The translations under genes were made by a program, and so were the position numbers. Positions 17,073-25,543 of a stretch of DNA of 59,287 bases are shown here, one piece after another (within the stretch, counting starts at the first letter, position 1; every line of letters starts with the position of its first letter). The notes below the pieces were generated by a model. It ran no database searches. It saw only the letters and a program-made list of their open reading frames with translations, and was not told the origin of the DNA. Location of the stretch: contig JBDTSW010000001.1 in NCBI GenBank assembly GCA_039930945.1, positions 1 to 59,287 of the forward strand. Reading direction: 5' to 3'. This stretch comes from a bacterium. GTDB taxonomy: Bacteria > Actinomycetota > Thermoleophilia > Solirubrobacterales > 70-9.

Positions 17073-17521
17073 CGGCCCAGCTCGAGCTCGTACTCGAGCC
17101 AGCGCTCGCCCTCGGCACCGACCGAGTCGTAGACCGACTGCGCCCGCTCGTTGTCGATCGCCGTCGTCCACATCAAGCACGGAGCGCCACCAAGCCGGGC
17201 ACGCTCGGCGCAGGCCTCGATCAGGGCTCGCCCGGCACCCGCGCCGCGGGCATCGGGCGCGATGAACAGGTCCTCCATGATCGCCACCCGGGCGGCGCGC
17301 AGGCTCGACCACTTCCAGCCGACAGCCGCGAACCCCACAGGGGTGCCGGCGTCGTCACGGGCGACCAGCAGCATCCCTTCGGCGTCGGGAACGGCGATCA
17401 GCTCCCGCGCCATCTCCATCAACCCCTGGTCAGGTGGGGAGACTCCGTAGAAGTCGCAGTAACCTCGCATCAGGGGCAAGACGGCCGCCAGGTCATCGTC
17501 TCGGGCGGAGTCGATCTGCAT
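17069..17521 (-). CDS. GNAT family N-acetyltransferase
   Basis: 150 aa with acetyl-CoA-binding motif A (RGAGAGRALIEAC). Confidence 0.8.
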   Translation of the reverse strand: MQIDSARDDDLAAVLPLMRGYCDFYGVSPPDQGLMEMARELIAVPDAEGMLLVARDDAGTPVGFAAVGWKWSSLRAARVAIMEDLFIAPDARGAGAGRALIEACAERARLGGAPCLMWTTAIDNERAQSVYDSVGAEGERWLEYELELGR

Positions 17522-17530
17522 GAGGCAATG

Positions 17531-17557
17531 AAACCACGCCCGCCGGGCGGGCGTGGG
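17531..17557 (-). terminator. hairpin plus T-tract after cfa
   Basis: The minus strand reads CCCACGCCC-loop-GGGCGTGG followed by TTTCATT, immediately after the cfa stop at 17559. Confidence 0.5.
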
Positions 17558-17558
17558 T

Positions 17559-18824
17559 CTAGATCCGCTCGGCCGCGGAGGAGCTGAGGCGCTCCGCGTT
17601 CGGGCGCCCCTGCCAGCCGGATTTGGCCGCGACCAGTTGCAGGTCCATGATCCGGGCCTCGTCGAAGCCCGCCTCCGAGAGCGCCAGCCAGAGTGTCCAC
17701 AGCCGGCGGAAGCGCTCGTCGTAGCCGAGCTCGTCGAGCTGGGTCGCGGCCGCGACGAAACGCCGGCGCCAGTGGCGCAGGGTGAGCACGTAGCTGGGGC
17801 TGATGTCCTCGAGCCAGACCGTGCGCATGTCGGTGACCCGGGCGAGGCAGCGCTGGATCACCTCCAGCGAGGGCAGGCAGCCGCCGGGGAAGATCAGCTG
17901 GTTGGCAAGGCTGCGAGCGCTCTTCTCGGCCGCGAAGGCGCCGTCCTCGACCGCGATCGCCTGCAGGAAGAAGAGGCCGTGGGGCTCGAGCAGCGCCGAG
18001 CAGCGCTCGAAGAAGGCGTCGAAGTACTGCCAGCCGACGGCCTCGATCATCTCCAGCGAGACGAGCTTGTCGTAGCGCCCGGAGAGGTCGCGGTAGTCGT
18101 CGCCGAGCACCGTCACCCGGTCGGAGACGCCGGCCTCGCGGACCCGCGCCTCGGCGTAGGCGCGCTGCTCGCGCGAGATCGTCGTCGTCGTCACCCGGCA
18201 CCCGTACCGGGTCGCCGCGTAGGTGGCCATCCCGCCCCAGCCGGTGCCGATCTCGAGCAGGTGGTCGTCTCCCACCAACTCCAGCCGCCGGCAGACCCGC
18301 TCCAGCCTGGCGAGCTGGGCCTGCTCGAGGGTGGCGTCGGGGCGCTCGAACAGCGCCGACGAGTACATCATCGTCTCGCGGTCCAGGAACTGCTCGAACA
18401 GCCGATTGCCGAGGTCGTAGTGGGCGGAGATGTTGCGGCGCGCGCCGGAGCGCGTGTTCAGCAGCGGCAGCTGGCGGATGCGGGAGACGGGGCGAGACAG
18501 CGGGGCGAGGCGTCGCCGCAGCGGGTCGGCCCGCCGGACCTCGCGTGCGGCGATACGGCAGAGGCCGACGAGGTCGTCGGTCTCCCAGAGCCCGTCGGCG
18601 TAAGCGGTGCCGAGCCCGACGCTGCGCCCGCGGGCGAGCTCGACGTAGACCCGGGGCGAACGGACCTCGACCCGGATCGCCGGGCGGGCGGCGGCGCCGA
18701 GGACGACCTCGCCGCCCGACCAGGTCTCGTGCAGCTCGAGCCGACCCGAGCGCAGGCCTCGAAGCGCTTGGTGAACGATCGCCCGGGCGGCACGCTCGGA
18801 CGGCCGCAGACGGTCGGCGACCAT
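17559..18824 (-). CDS. cfa: cyclopropane-fatty-acyl-phospholipid synthase family SAM methyltransferase
   Basis: ISAHYDLGNRLFEQFLD, SAM motif LLEIGTGWGG, and YDKLVSLEMIEAVG are typical of Cfa/mycolic-acid cyclopropane synthases. Confidence 0.85.
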   Translation of the reverse strand: MVADRLRPSERAARAIVHQALRGLRSGRLELHETWSGGEVVLGAAARPAIRVEVRSPRVYVELARGRSVGLGTAYADGLWETDDLVGLCRIAAREVRRADPLRRRLAPLSRPVSRIRQLPLLNTRSGARRNISAHYDLGNRLFEQFLDRETMMYSSALFERPDATLEQAQLARLERVCRRLELVGDDHLLEIGTGWGGMATYAATRYGCRVTTTTISREQRAYAEARVREAGVSDRVTVLGDDYRDLSGRYDKLVSLEMIEAVGWQYFDAFFERCSALLEPHGLFFLQAIAVEDGAFAAEKSARSLANQLIFPGGCLPSLEVIQRCLARVTDMRTVWLEDISPSYVLTLRHWRRRFVAAATQLDELGYDERFRRLWTLWLALSEAGFDEARIMDLQLVAAKSGWQGRPNAERLSSSAAERI

Positions 18825-19291
18825 CAGCTCGCCGCCGGGATCGCCTCCGGCTGGGCCTCTGCCATGCCGAGCTCGCGCTCGAGCCCGGCCTTGGCGTTTT
18901 CGGCGAGGCGCTTGAAGGCGACCCGCATCGGCAGCTCCAAGAGCCGCAGCGGCCCCTTCAGCCGCAGGTCGGCGTCATAGGTGACGTCGGTGCCGGCGGC
19001 GTTCGCGGCGAAGGTGATCGTGTCGAGCGAAACCACCGCCGCGGTCTCGGCGCGCAGCACGACCCGCGCGGGGCGCTCCAGCTCTTCGATCTCGTAGGTG
19101 AAGGGAGTCTCGCGCCCGGCCGTCCTCACGACCACCTTCAAGCGCGAGCCGACGCGCGGCGGCCCCGAATCCAGGGCATGGGCCTCGACCACGCTGGGAT
19201 CCCATTCGGCCACCGAGGCAAAGTCCGCCAGGTAGTCGAAGGCCTCCTCGCGAGGCCTGGGAGTAGAGATGATTCCTAGGTAGCGTGGCAT
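18824..19291 (-). CDS. SRPBCC (START/polyketide cyclase-like) family protein
   Basis: 155 aa. FDYLADFASVAEWDP resembles SRPBCC ligand-binding proteins. Its stop overlaps the cfa start and it abuts the SDR stop. Confidence 0.7.
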   Translation of the reverse strand: MPRYLGIISTPRPREEAFDYLADFASVAEWDPSVVEAHALDSGPPRVGSRLKVVVRTAGRETPFTYEIEELERPARVVLRAETAAVVSLDTITFAANAAGTDVTYDADLRLKGPLRLLELPMRVAFKRLAENAKAGLERELGMAEAQPEAIPAAS

Positions 19292-20275
19292 TCATGCTCC
19301 TCTGCTTCCGGGGGTGTACGCACGCGTTGCATCTTCGAGAAAGCTCCAGAGGCGCTCGCGGTCGGCGCTGGACTCGCACGTGCGCGGCACCCGGTGGGTG
19401 GGCCGTCTGCGGCGATCGTGCCAGAAGCCCCGCTCGGCTGCCTCGGGCGCGGCCAGCAGCCAGACTGCGGTGTCAGCTCCCTGGTCGGCGTCGCGCAGGA
19501 TCGGCGACATCACCCGGTGAAAGCGCGGCAGCGAGTCCTCCACCCCCGGGGTGTCGGCCCACCCGGGGTGCATCGAGTGGAAGCGCACGCCGTCGCCCTC
19601 GCGCTCGTCGAAGAGCTCGGCGAGGATCACCTGGGCGCGCTTGGCGTGCGCGTAGAAGCCCGAACCGTCGAAGTCGCGATGGTCGAGCTCGAGGTCGCCG
19701 GCATCGAGGCGGGCGGTGTACATGCCACCGGAGCTGACCCAGACGACCCGCGACGGCGCCCCGGCGCGCAGCGACTCCAACAGCATGCGGGTCATCAAGA
19801 ACGGCCCGATCACCGCGGTCGCGAGGGTGCGCTCGTGGCCCTGGGGGGTGCGCTCGCGGCGCTTGGTCAGGACCCCCGCGTTGTGGATCAACCCGGCCAG
19901 GCGCGGCACCCGCTCGGCGAAGGCGGCGGCGAAGGCGCGCACCGAGTCGAGATCGGAGACGTCGCAGAGGTGAAGCCGGACGCGCTCGCCGTCGTCGCCG
20001 CCACCCGGCACTGCGGCGAGCAGCCGGGCGCGGGCCGCCTCGCCGCGGTCGGGGTTTCGCGCCAGCAGGTGGACCCTGGCGCCGGCCTCGGCGAGCTGGC
20101 GGGCGGCCGCCTCGCCGATCCCGGAGCTGGCCCCGGTGACGAGGACGTCGCGATCGGCGAGCGCTTCGCTCGCGACCCGCGGGCCCCACGCCCGCCGGCG
20201 CAGGCGGTAGCCGGGCGACCCGTATCCGGGTACCACGGTCCAGTCCAGGGCTCGATCCAGCACACGATTGAGCAT
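19292..20275 (-). CDS. SDR family oxidoreductase
   Basis: VLVTGASSGIG cofactor motif, NAG, and YAHAKRA (YxxxK). The ATG at 20275 (MLNRVLD) is preferred over the track start at 20371. Confidence 0.85.
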   Translation of the reverse strand: MLNRVLDRALDWTVVPGYGSPGYRLRRRAWGPRVASEALADRDVLVTGASSGIGEAAARQLAEAGARVHLLARNPDRGEAARARLLAAVPGGGDDGERVRLHLCDVSDLDSVRAFAAAFAERVPRLAGLIHNAGVLTKRRERTPQGHERTLATAVIGPFLMTRMLLESLRAGAPSRVVWVSSGGMYTARLDAGDLELDHRDFDGSGFYAHAKRAQVILAELFDEREGDGVRFHSMHPGWADTPGVEDSLPRFHRVMSPILRDADQGADTAVWLLAAPEAAERGFWHDRRRRPTHRVPRTCESSADRERLWSFLEDATRAYTPGSRGA

Positions 20276-20313
20276 TGGGGATCGCAGATTGGCATGTATC
20301 GTGTGCCCAAGCC

Positions 20314-21837
20314 ATGCAGGGTCTACGCAGGCAGGAGCCGCGCCCGAGGCGAGCGGTGCGGTACGCACCACTCGCGATCATCGCTGCGCTCGCATGCGCG
20401 GTCGCCCTGCCCTCGCAGGCCTCGGCTGACGTCGAGATCGTCACCGAGAAGTTCAAGCTCGATCCGGTCGGCGGCTTCGACGTCGTGCAGAAGGTCAGGG
20501 GCGGCGCTCCTCGGCCGTCAACCTCCGCCGGCCACATCGTCGAGATCGAGGCCGACATCGTCGACGGCGAGGGCAAGCCGATCCCGATCGACCGGCTGAT
20601 GCTCCACCACATCGTCTTCCTCAACATCGGCCGGGTGGACCAGAGCTGCAACACGATCACGGGCTTCGACGGACTTCAAGCCGCGCCCGGGGTAGAGCGC
20701 TTCTTCGCCGCCGGCGAGGAGCGGGCGAAGGTGAAGCTGCCGGAGGGATACGGCTACGACCTCTCCGACCAGACCCCGGGTGATGGCTTTCCCGACAGCT
20801 GGGCCGTCCTCTACATGGTGATGAACCACAGGTCCGGGCCAGAGACGGACGCCTACATCGAGTACACGATGAAGATCGAGGATGGCGTGGGCTTGGATGA
20901 GCCGATCCAGAGCGTGATCCCCTGGTGGCTCGACGCTGCCAACTGCGGCGCCGACCCGATCTACAACGTCAAAGGAGGCGGCGCCGAGGACTCCGAGAGC
21001 GTCCGCAGCCGCGACTTCTACCTCAACCCGGATCGCCTCGGGGCGACGGGCGGACGGATCGTCGCCGGGGGCGGGCACGTCCACGGGGGCGCCTACCGCC
21101 TCGACATCAGCCGCCCGGCTTGTCCCAATGACGACGGGCCCTTCTTCAGCTCGGTCCCGAAGTGGGGCGGGCCGGATCACGACTTCTACAAGGTGCGCCC
21201 GATCCTGCACGAGCCCGGGCCGGTCAACATGAGCGCCTTCCGCAGCGCCACCGGCTTCCCGGTCCAGGCTGGGCAGAGCCTGCGCCTGGACTCGGTCTAT
21301 GACGACTCCCAGCCCCACACCCGGGTGATGGGGATCTCGGTCGTCTACATCGCCCCCGACAACAACGTCGACGAGCCGTGCCAGGCGCTTCCCCTGGACA
21401 ACGAGGTCGAGACCCTGGGTCCCGATCCCGACGATCCCTCCTACCGCGAGGAGCCGATCCCGTTCACGATTCCCCTCGTCGGAGAGGACCCGACGAGCGA
21501 GACCGGTTACACCGAGATGAAGAACCCGCCCGGCGATCTCAAGCAGGTCAAGGACGGGACCAAGATCAAGGTGACCAACGTCAACAGCCTGCCGAAGCCC
21601 AACCTGAAGATCCACCAGGGCGACTCGCTGAAGTGGAAGTTCCGCAACAGCAGGAGCAATCTGCACAACATCACCCTGGCCAACGGCCCCCAGGCGATCG
21701 GCTCGCCGAACCTCAGCCTCGACCAAGCCGGGAGCCCCCGCGTGTTCGAGAAGAGGTTCCGCAAGCCCGGGCAGTACCGCCTCTTCTGCGCCCTGCATCC
21801 GACGCTGATGCACGAGCGCGTCGTCGTCAAGAAGTAG
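20314..21837 (+). CDS. secreted copper protein: N-terminal region with a PHM/DBM-like (type II Cu monooxygenase) ligand pattern, fused to a C-terminal cupredoxin domain
   Basis: Signal peptide ending ALPSQASA. LHH (20605-20610), MVMNH (H at 20827), GGGHVHGG (21076-21084), TRVMG (M at 21328). C-terminal NLHNITL ... FCALHPTLMH is a type 1 Cu His/Cys/His/Met set. Confidence 0.75.
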   Translation: MQGLRRQEPRPRRAVRYAPLAIIAALACAVALPSQASADVEIVTEKFKLDPVGGFDVVQKVRGGAPRPSTSAGHIVEIEADIVDGEGKPIPIDRLMLHHIVFLNIGRVDQSCNTITGFDGLQAAPGVERFFAAGEERAKVKLPEGYGYDLSDQTPGDGFPDSWAVLYMVMNHRSGPETDAYIEYTMKIEDGVGLDEPIQSVIPWWLDAANCGADPIYNVKGGGAEDSESVRSRDFYLNPDRLGATGGRIVAGGGHVHGGAYRLDISRPACPNDDGPFFSSVPKWGGPDHDFYKVRPILHEPGPVNMSAFRSATGFPVQAGQSLRLDSVYDDSQPHTRVMGISVVYIAPDNNVDEPCQALPLDNEVETLGPDPDDPSYREEPIPFTIPLVGEDPTSETGYTEMKNPPGDLKQVKDGTKIKVTNVNSLPKPNLKIHQGDSLKWKFRNSRSNLHNITLANGPQAIGSPNLSLDQAGSPRVFEKRFRKPGQYRLFCALHPTLMHERVVVKK

Positions 21838-21976
21838 ACCGACGCCCGCTCCGGCCGCAGCCCGCCAGGCCGTCGAGCGACGACTGCAACCGCTGCTGAA
21901 GTCCTCCTACTGGGCCGCCCTGCGACGGGCGCTCGACGCGGGGGTCACCGACAGCGCCGCCGCGCTCACCTACTAC

Positions 21977-22726
21977 GTGCTGCTCTCGATGGTCCCATGC
22001 ATCACCCTGATCGTGGCGATCGTCGGGCTGGTCGGGCGCGACCCGGAGACGACGGACGCGATCGTCGAGGTGATCCAGCAGGGGGGCTCGGGGGAGGCGG
22101 CCGAGATGCTGCGCTCGGGCCTGCAGTCCGCGCTCGAGTCGACGCCTAAGTCGGGGGCCTTCCTCGGGATCGGCCTGATCGCGACGCTGTACGTCGCCTC
22201 GCTGTACGTGTCCGCGTTCGCCCGCGCGGCGAAGGCCCTCGGCGGCGAGGGTCGGCGCAGCGAGCTTCGCCGGCGTCCGCTGCAGGCACTGGCGACCTTC
22301 GGCGGCATCATCATCCTCGCCCTGGCCCTGCTCGCGCTCGCGATCTCGCGGCGGATCGCCGAAGCGCTCGCCGACGTCACCGGGCTCGGGCTGTTCGCCA
22401 ACGACTTCTGGCCGCTGGTCAAATGGGGGTTCGTGCTTGTCTCGTTGGTGGTGATCGTCTCGGGGCTGTACTCGCTCGACCCCACCCGCCCGCGCCGCTG
22501 GCCCCCGCGGCCGACGTGCGGCGGGCTGGTGGCGGTGGGCCTGTTGGTCGTGGCGACGGTCGGCTTTGAGGTCTATCTCGGCACCCTCGCCGGCTACGAC
22601 CAGACCTACGGGGCGCTGGGGGGAATCGTCACCTTCCTCGTCTGGACCTGGCTCTCGAACATGGTCCTGCTCTACGGCGTGGCGCTCGACCAGGAGCGCC
22701 GCCCCGTCCCGGCGCCCGACGGTTAG
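21977..22726 (+). CDS. YihY/BrkB (virulence factor BrkB, ribonuclease BN-like) family membrane protein; true start probably upstream
   Basis: Polytopic protein with a family-like C-terminal LVWTWLSNMVLLYG. The in-frame upstream sequence (LLKSSYWAALRRALDAGVTDSAAALTYY) looks like the family N-terminus but contains no ATG/GTG/TTG. Confidence 0.75.
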   Translation: MLLSMVPCITLIVAIVGLVGRDPETTDAIVEVIQQGGSGEAAEMLRSGLQSALESTPKSGAFLGIGLIATLYVASLYVSAFARAAKALGGEGRRSELRRRPLQALATFGGIIILALALLALAISRRIAEALADVTGLGLFANDFWPLVKWGFVLVSLVVIVSGLYSLDPTRPRRWPPRPTCGGLVAVGLLVVATVGFEVYLGTLAGYDQTYGALGGIVTFLVWTWLSNMVLLYGVALDQERRPVPAPDG

Positions 22727-22740
22727 GGTCCTCCGCACTC

Positions 22741-24219
22741 GTGAATGATCGCAACGGAGATCGCCGCCGCCTCTCGGTCGGCATCGTCGGGGCCGGCTTC
22801 GGGGGGCTGGGGATGGGGGCCCGCCTCGCCCAGGAGGGCTACGACGACTTCACGATCTTCGAGCGCGGCGAGACCGTGGGTGGCGTCTGGCGGGCGAACT
22901 CCTACCCCGGCGCCGCCTGCGACGTGCCCTCACACCTCTACTCGTTCTCGTTTGCCCCCGGCCACGACTGGTCGCGCCGCTACGCGCCCCGGGAGGACAT
23001 CCTTGACTACCTCGAGGCCTGCGCCGACCGTTTCGGGCTGACTCCCCACCTGCGCCTGGGAACCGAGGCGACCTCCGCGAGCTTCGACGCCGACGCCGGC
23101 CAGTGGACGCTGACCACCGACTCCGGCTCCGAGCACCGCTTCGACATCCTCGTCACGGCCTGCGGACAGCTCTCACGGCCGGCGATCCCGCAGATCCCGG
23201 GGCTCGACTCCTTCCAGGGCCCGGCGTTTCACTCCGCCGAATGGGATCACTCCTACGACCTCGCGGCGCAGCGCGTCGCCGTGATCGGCACCGGGGCCAG
23301 CTCGATCCAGTTCGTGCCGGCGATCGCCCCGCTGGCCGAACGGCTGACGATCTACCAGCGCTCGGCGCCGTGGATCCTGCCGAAGGCCGACCGGGCCTAT
23401 CCCGCGTGGGAGCGGCGCCTGTTCAGGCGCTTCCCGCCGTGGGTGGCCGCCAGCCGGCTGGGGATCTTCGCGGCCCTGGAGGGGGCCACGTACGGGTTCA
23501 CGGGCGCGTCCTGGGTGATCCGCCCGGCGCGCGCCGCCGCCGACCGCTACCGGCACAAGGAGCTGCCCGATCCCGAGCTGCGCGCCGCGGCGACCCCCGA
23601 CTACGAGATGGGCTGCAATCGGGTGTTGATCTCGAACGACTGGTACTCGACGCTTCGCCGGCCGGACGTGGACCTGATCAGCGGCCCGGTCGAGCGAATC
23701 ACGGCGACCGGGGTCGTCGGCGCCGACGGCGTCGAGCGCGAGGCGGACGCGATCGTCTTCGGCACCGGCTTTCGAAGTCACGACTTCGTCGCCCCGATGG
23801 AGGTCCGGGGGCTGGGCTCGCGTGAGCTGAACGAGGTCTGGGCCCGGCGCCCGGAGGCGTTCCTGGGGACCACCGTTTCGGGGTTTCCGAACATGTTCGT
23901 CCTCTACGGGCCGAACACCAACCACGGGGCAGGCTCGGTGCCCTTCACGCTCGAGTGCCAGATTCGCTATGCGCTCGACGGCATCAGGCGCCTGCGCGAG
24001 GGCGGCTATCGCTACCTGGACCTGCGACCCGAGGCCCAGGAGCACTGGCGGGAGGAGATGGAAGAGCGCAGCCGCGAGACGGTGTGGATGTCGGGCGGAT
24101 GCTCCAACTGGTACGTCACCGCCGACGGCGTCAACACGAACAACTGGCCCGGCGCCTGGCTGGAGTTTCGCCGGCGCACCCACCGCATCAACCCCGGCGA
24201 CTACCGGGTCGCGGCCTAG
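22741..24219 (+). CDS. flavin-dependent Baeyer-Villiger-type monooxygenase (EthA-like)
   Basis: GAGFGG FAD motif, BVMO fingerprint FQGPAFHSAEWD (FxGxxxHxxxW), and a second Rossmann motif VIGTGASS. Confidence 0.85.
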   Translation: MNDRNGDRRRLSVGIVGAGFGGLGMGARLAQEGYDDFTIFERGETVGGVWRANSYPGAACDVPSHLYSFSFAPGHDWSRRYAPREDILDYLEACADRFGLTPHLRLGTEATSASFDADAGQWTLTTDSGSEHRFDILVTACGQLSRPAIPQIPGLDSFQGPAFHSAEWDHSYDLAAQRVAVIGTGASSIQFVPAIAPLAERLTIYQRSAPWILPKADRAYPAWERRLFRRFPPWVAASRLGIFAALEGATYGFTGASWVIRPARAAADRYRHKELPDPELRAAATPDYEMGCNRVLISNDWYSTLRRPDVDLISGPVERITATGVVGADGVEREADAIVFGTGFRSHDFVAPMEVRGLGSRELNEVWARRPEAFLGTTVSGFPNMFVLYGPNTNHGAGSVPFTLECQIRYALDGIRRLREGGYRYLDLRPEAQEHWREEMEERSRETVWMSGGCSNWYVTADGVNTNNWPGAWLEFRRRTHRINPGDYRVAA

Positions 24220-25490
24220 CCGCCCGGCGCGGCGCCCGCGGGCGCCGCGTTCAGCAAGGCCGCCGCCTCCAGCTCGACGCCCGGCGCCAGCGCCTCGAGG
24301 TCGCCGACCACGCCGGGGTCGGCGCAGAACCCGAAGCACAGCCGCCCTGCGATCGAGACCACCGCCACCCGCAGCGCGTGGCGCTCGCCGATCTCGGCCA
24401 GGCTGTGCACCGACTCCACAGGGGCGCCGCCGATGCTGACCGGCCCCCGCGGGCCGGGGACGTTGGAGACGCTGAGGGCGAAGCGGCGCGGACTCTGCTC
24501 GAGCCGGTCGCAGAAGCGTTGCAGCCGAGGCGAGGCGCGGCCGAGATCGCGCAGCATCTCGTCCATCTCCTCGGCGTCGTGCGCGGCCTTGCGCGCCGCC
24601 GTCGCGGCATGAACCGCGCCCAGGCAGGCCACCGGGTCGGCCTCGCCCAGCGGCAGCGCCAGGGCGAAGAACGAGTCTCGATTGCCGGCGTCGTCCCCCT
24701 CGTGATGGAGGCTGACCGGGACCTTCACGCGGATGGCGCCCAGCGACCCGTGGTGGGCTTCGAGCCAGCGGCGCAGGGCGCCGGCGACGATGCTGAGGAC
24801 GGCGTCGTTGACGGTGGCGCCGAGCGCCTTCGCCGCCGCGTGCAGCTCGTCGAGGGGAACCGAGGCGAACTCCACCCGCCGCTGCCGCCCGATCGCTGCG
24901 TCGAACGGCGAGCGGTGCCGCGAGCCGGCGAACTCCCGCTCGAGAAAGCCGACGAGGTGGCCGCGGCGGCGCTCGTCGTCGGCCCCGGCGTGGACACGGG
25001 CGGCGCCGGTGGGCGCCGGGGGCTCGGCGGCCTCGGCGTCCCAGAGCACGAGGCCGGCGTAGCGCATCGCCGTGGTGCCGTCGGCGACCGCGTGATGCAG
25101 CCGCCAGACCACGGCCAGCCGGCCCCCCTCCAGCGGCAGGGCGTCGATCTGCCAAAGGGGACGCCGCCGATCCAGCCGCTGGGCGAACAGCCGCGAGACC
25201 TCGCGGCGAAGGCCGGCGTCATCCAGCGGCGCCTCGGCTTGCGCCGCGACGACGTGCGCGGTCACCTCGAACGCCTCGTCGGGCACCCAGACGGGCGCGG
25301 CGGCGCTTGAAGACAGCCGCCGGGTCAGCGCCGGCGCGGCCTCGATTCGCGACGCGATCGTGGCTCGCAGCGCCGCCAGGTCGGGGGCGCCCGCGCCGAC
25401 GACGATCACCTTGCAGGTGTGCCCGGCGACGGTGTCGCTCTCGAGCTCGAGGATCGCCCTGTCCTCGGGCGTCAGGGGGATCGTCTCCAC
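24216..25490 (-). CDS. wax ester synthase/diacylglycerol acyltransferase (WS/DGAT)
   Basis: Catalytic HHAVADG (HHxxxDG) motif. PLWQIDAL and NVPGP motifs. Confidence 0.85.
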   Translation of the reverse strand: METIPLTPEDRAILELESDTVAGHTCKVIVVGAGAPDLAALRATIASRIEAAPALTRRLSSSAAAPVWVPDEAFEVTAHVVAAQAEAPLDDAGLRREVSRLFAQRLDRRRPLWQIDALPLEGGRLAVVWRLHHAVADGTTAMRYAGLVLWDAEAAEPPAPTGAARVHAGADDERRRGHLVGFLEREFAGSRHRSPFDAAIGRQRRVEFASVPLDELHAAAKALGATVNDAVLSIVAGALRRWLEAHHGSLGAIRVKVPVSLHHEGDDAGNRDSFFALALPLGEADPVACLGAVHAATAARKAAHDAEEMDEMLRDLGRASPRLQRFCDRLEQSPRRFALSVSNVPGPRGPVSIGGAPVESVHSLAEIGERHALRVAVVSIAGRLCFGFCADPGVVGDLEALAPGVELEAAALLNAAPAGAAPGG

Positions 25491-25543
25491 GATCCGGTGA
25501 CGCTATCCGGGCGTCATTCGCGCGCGTGACGTCGTCGGATCAC

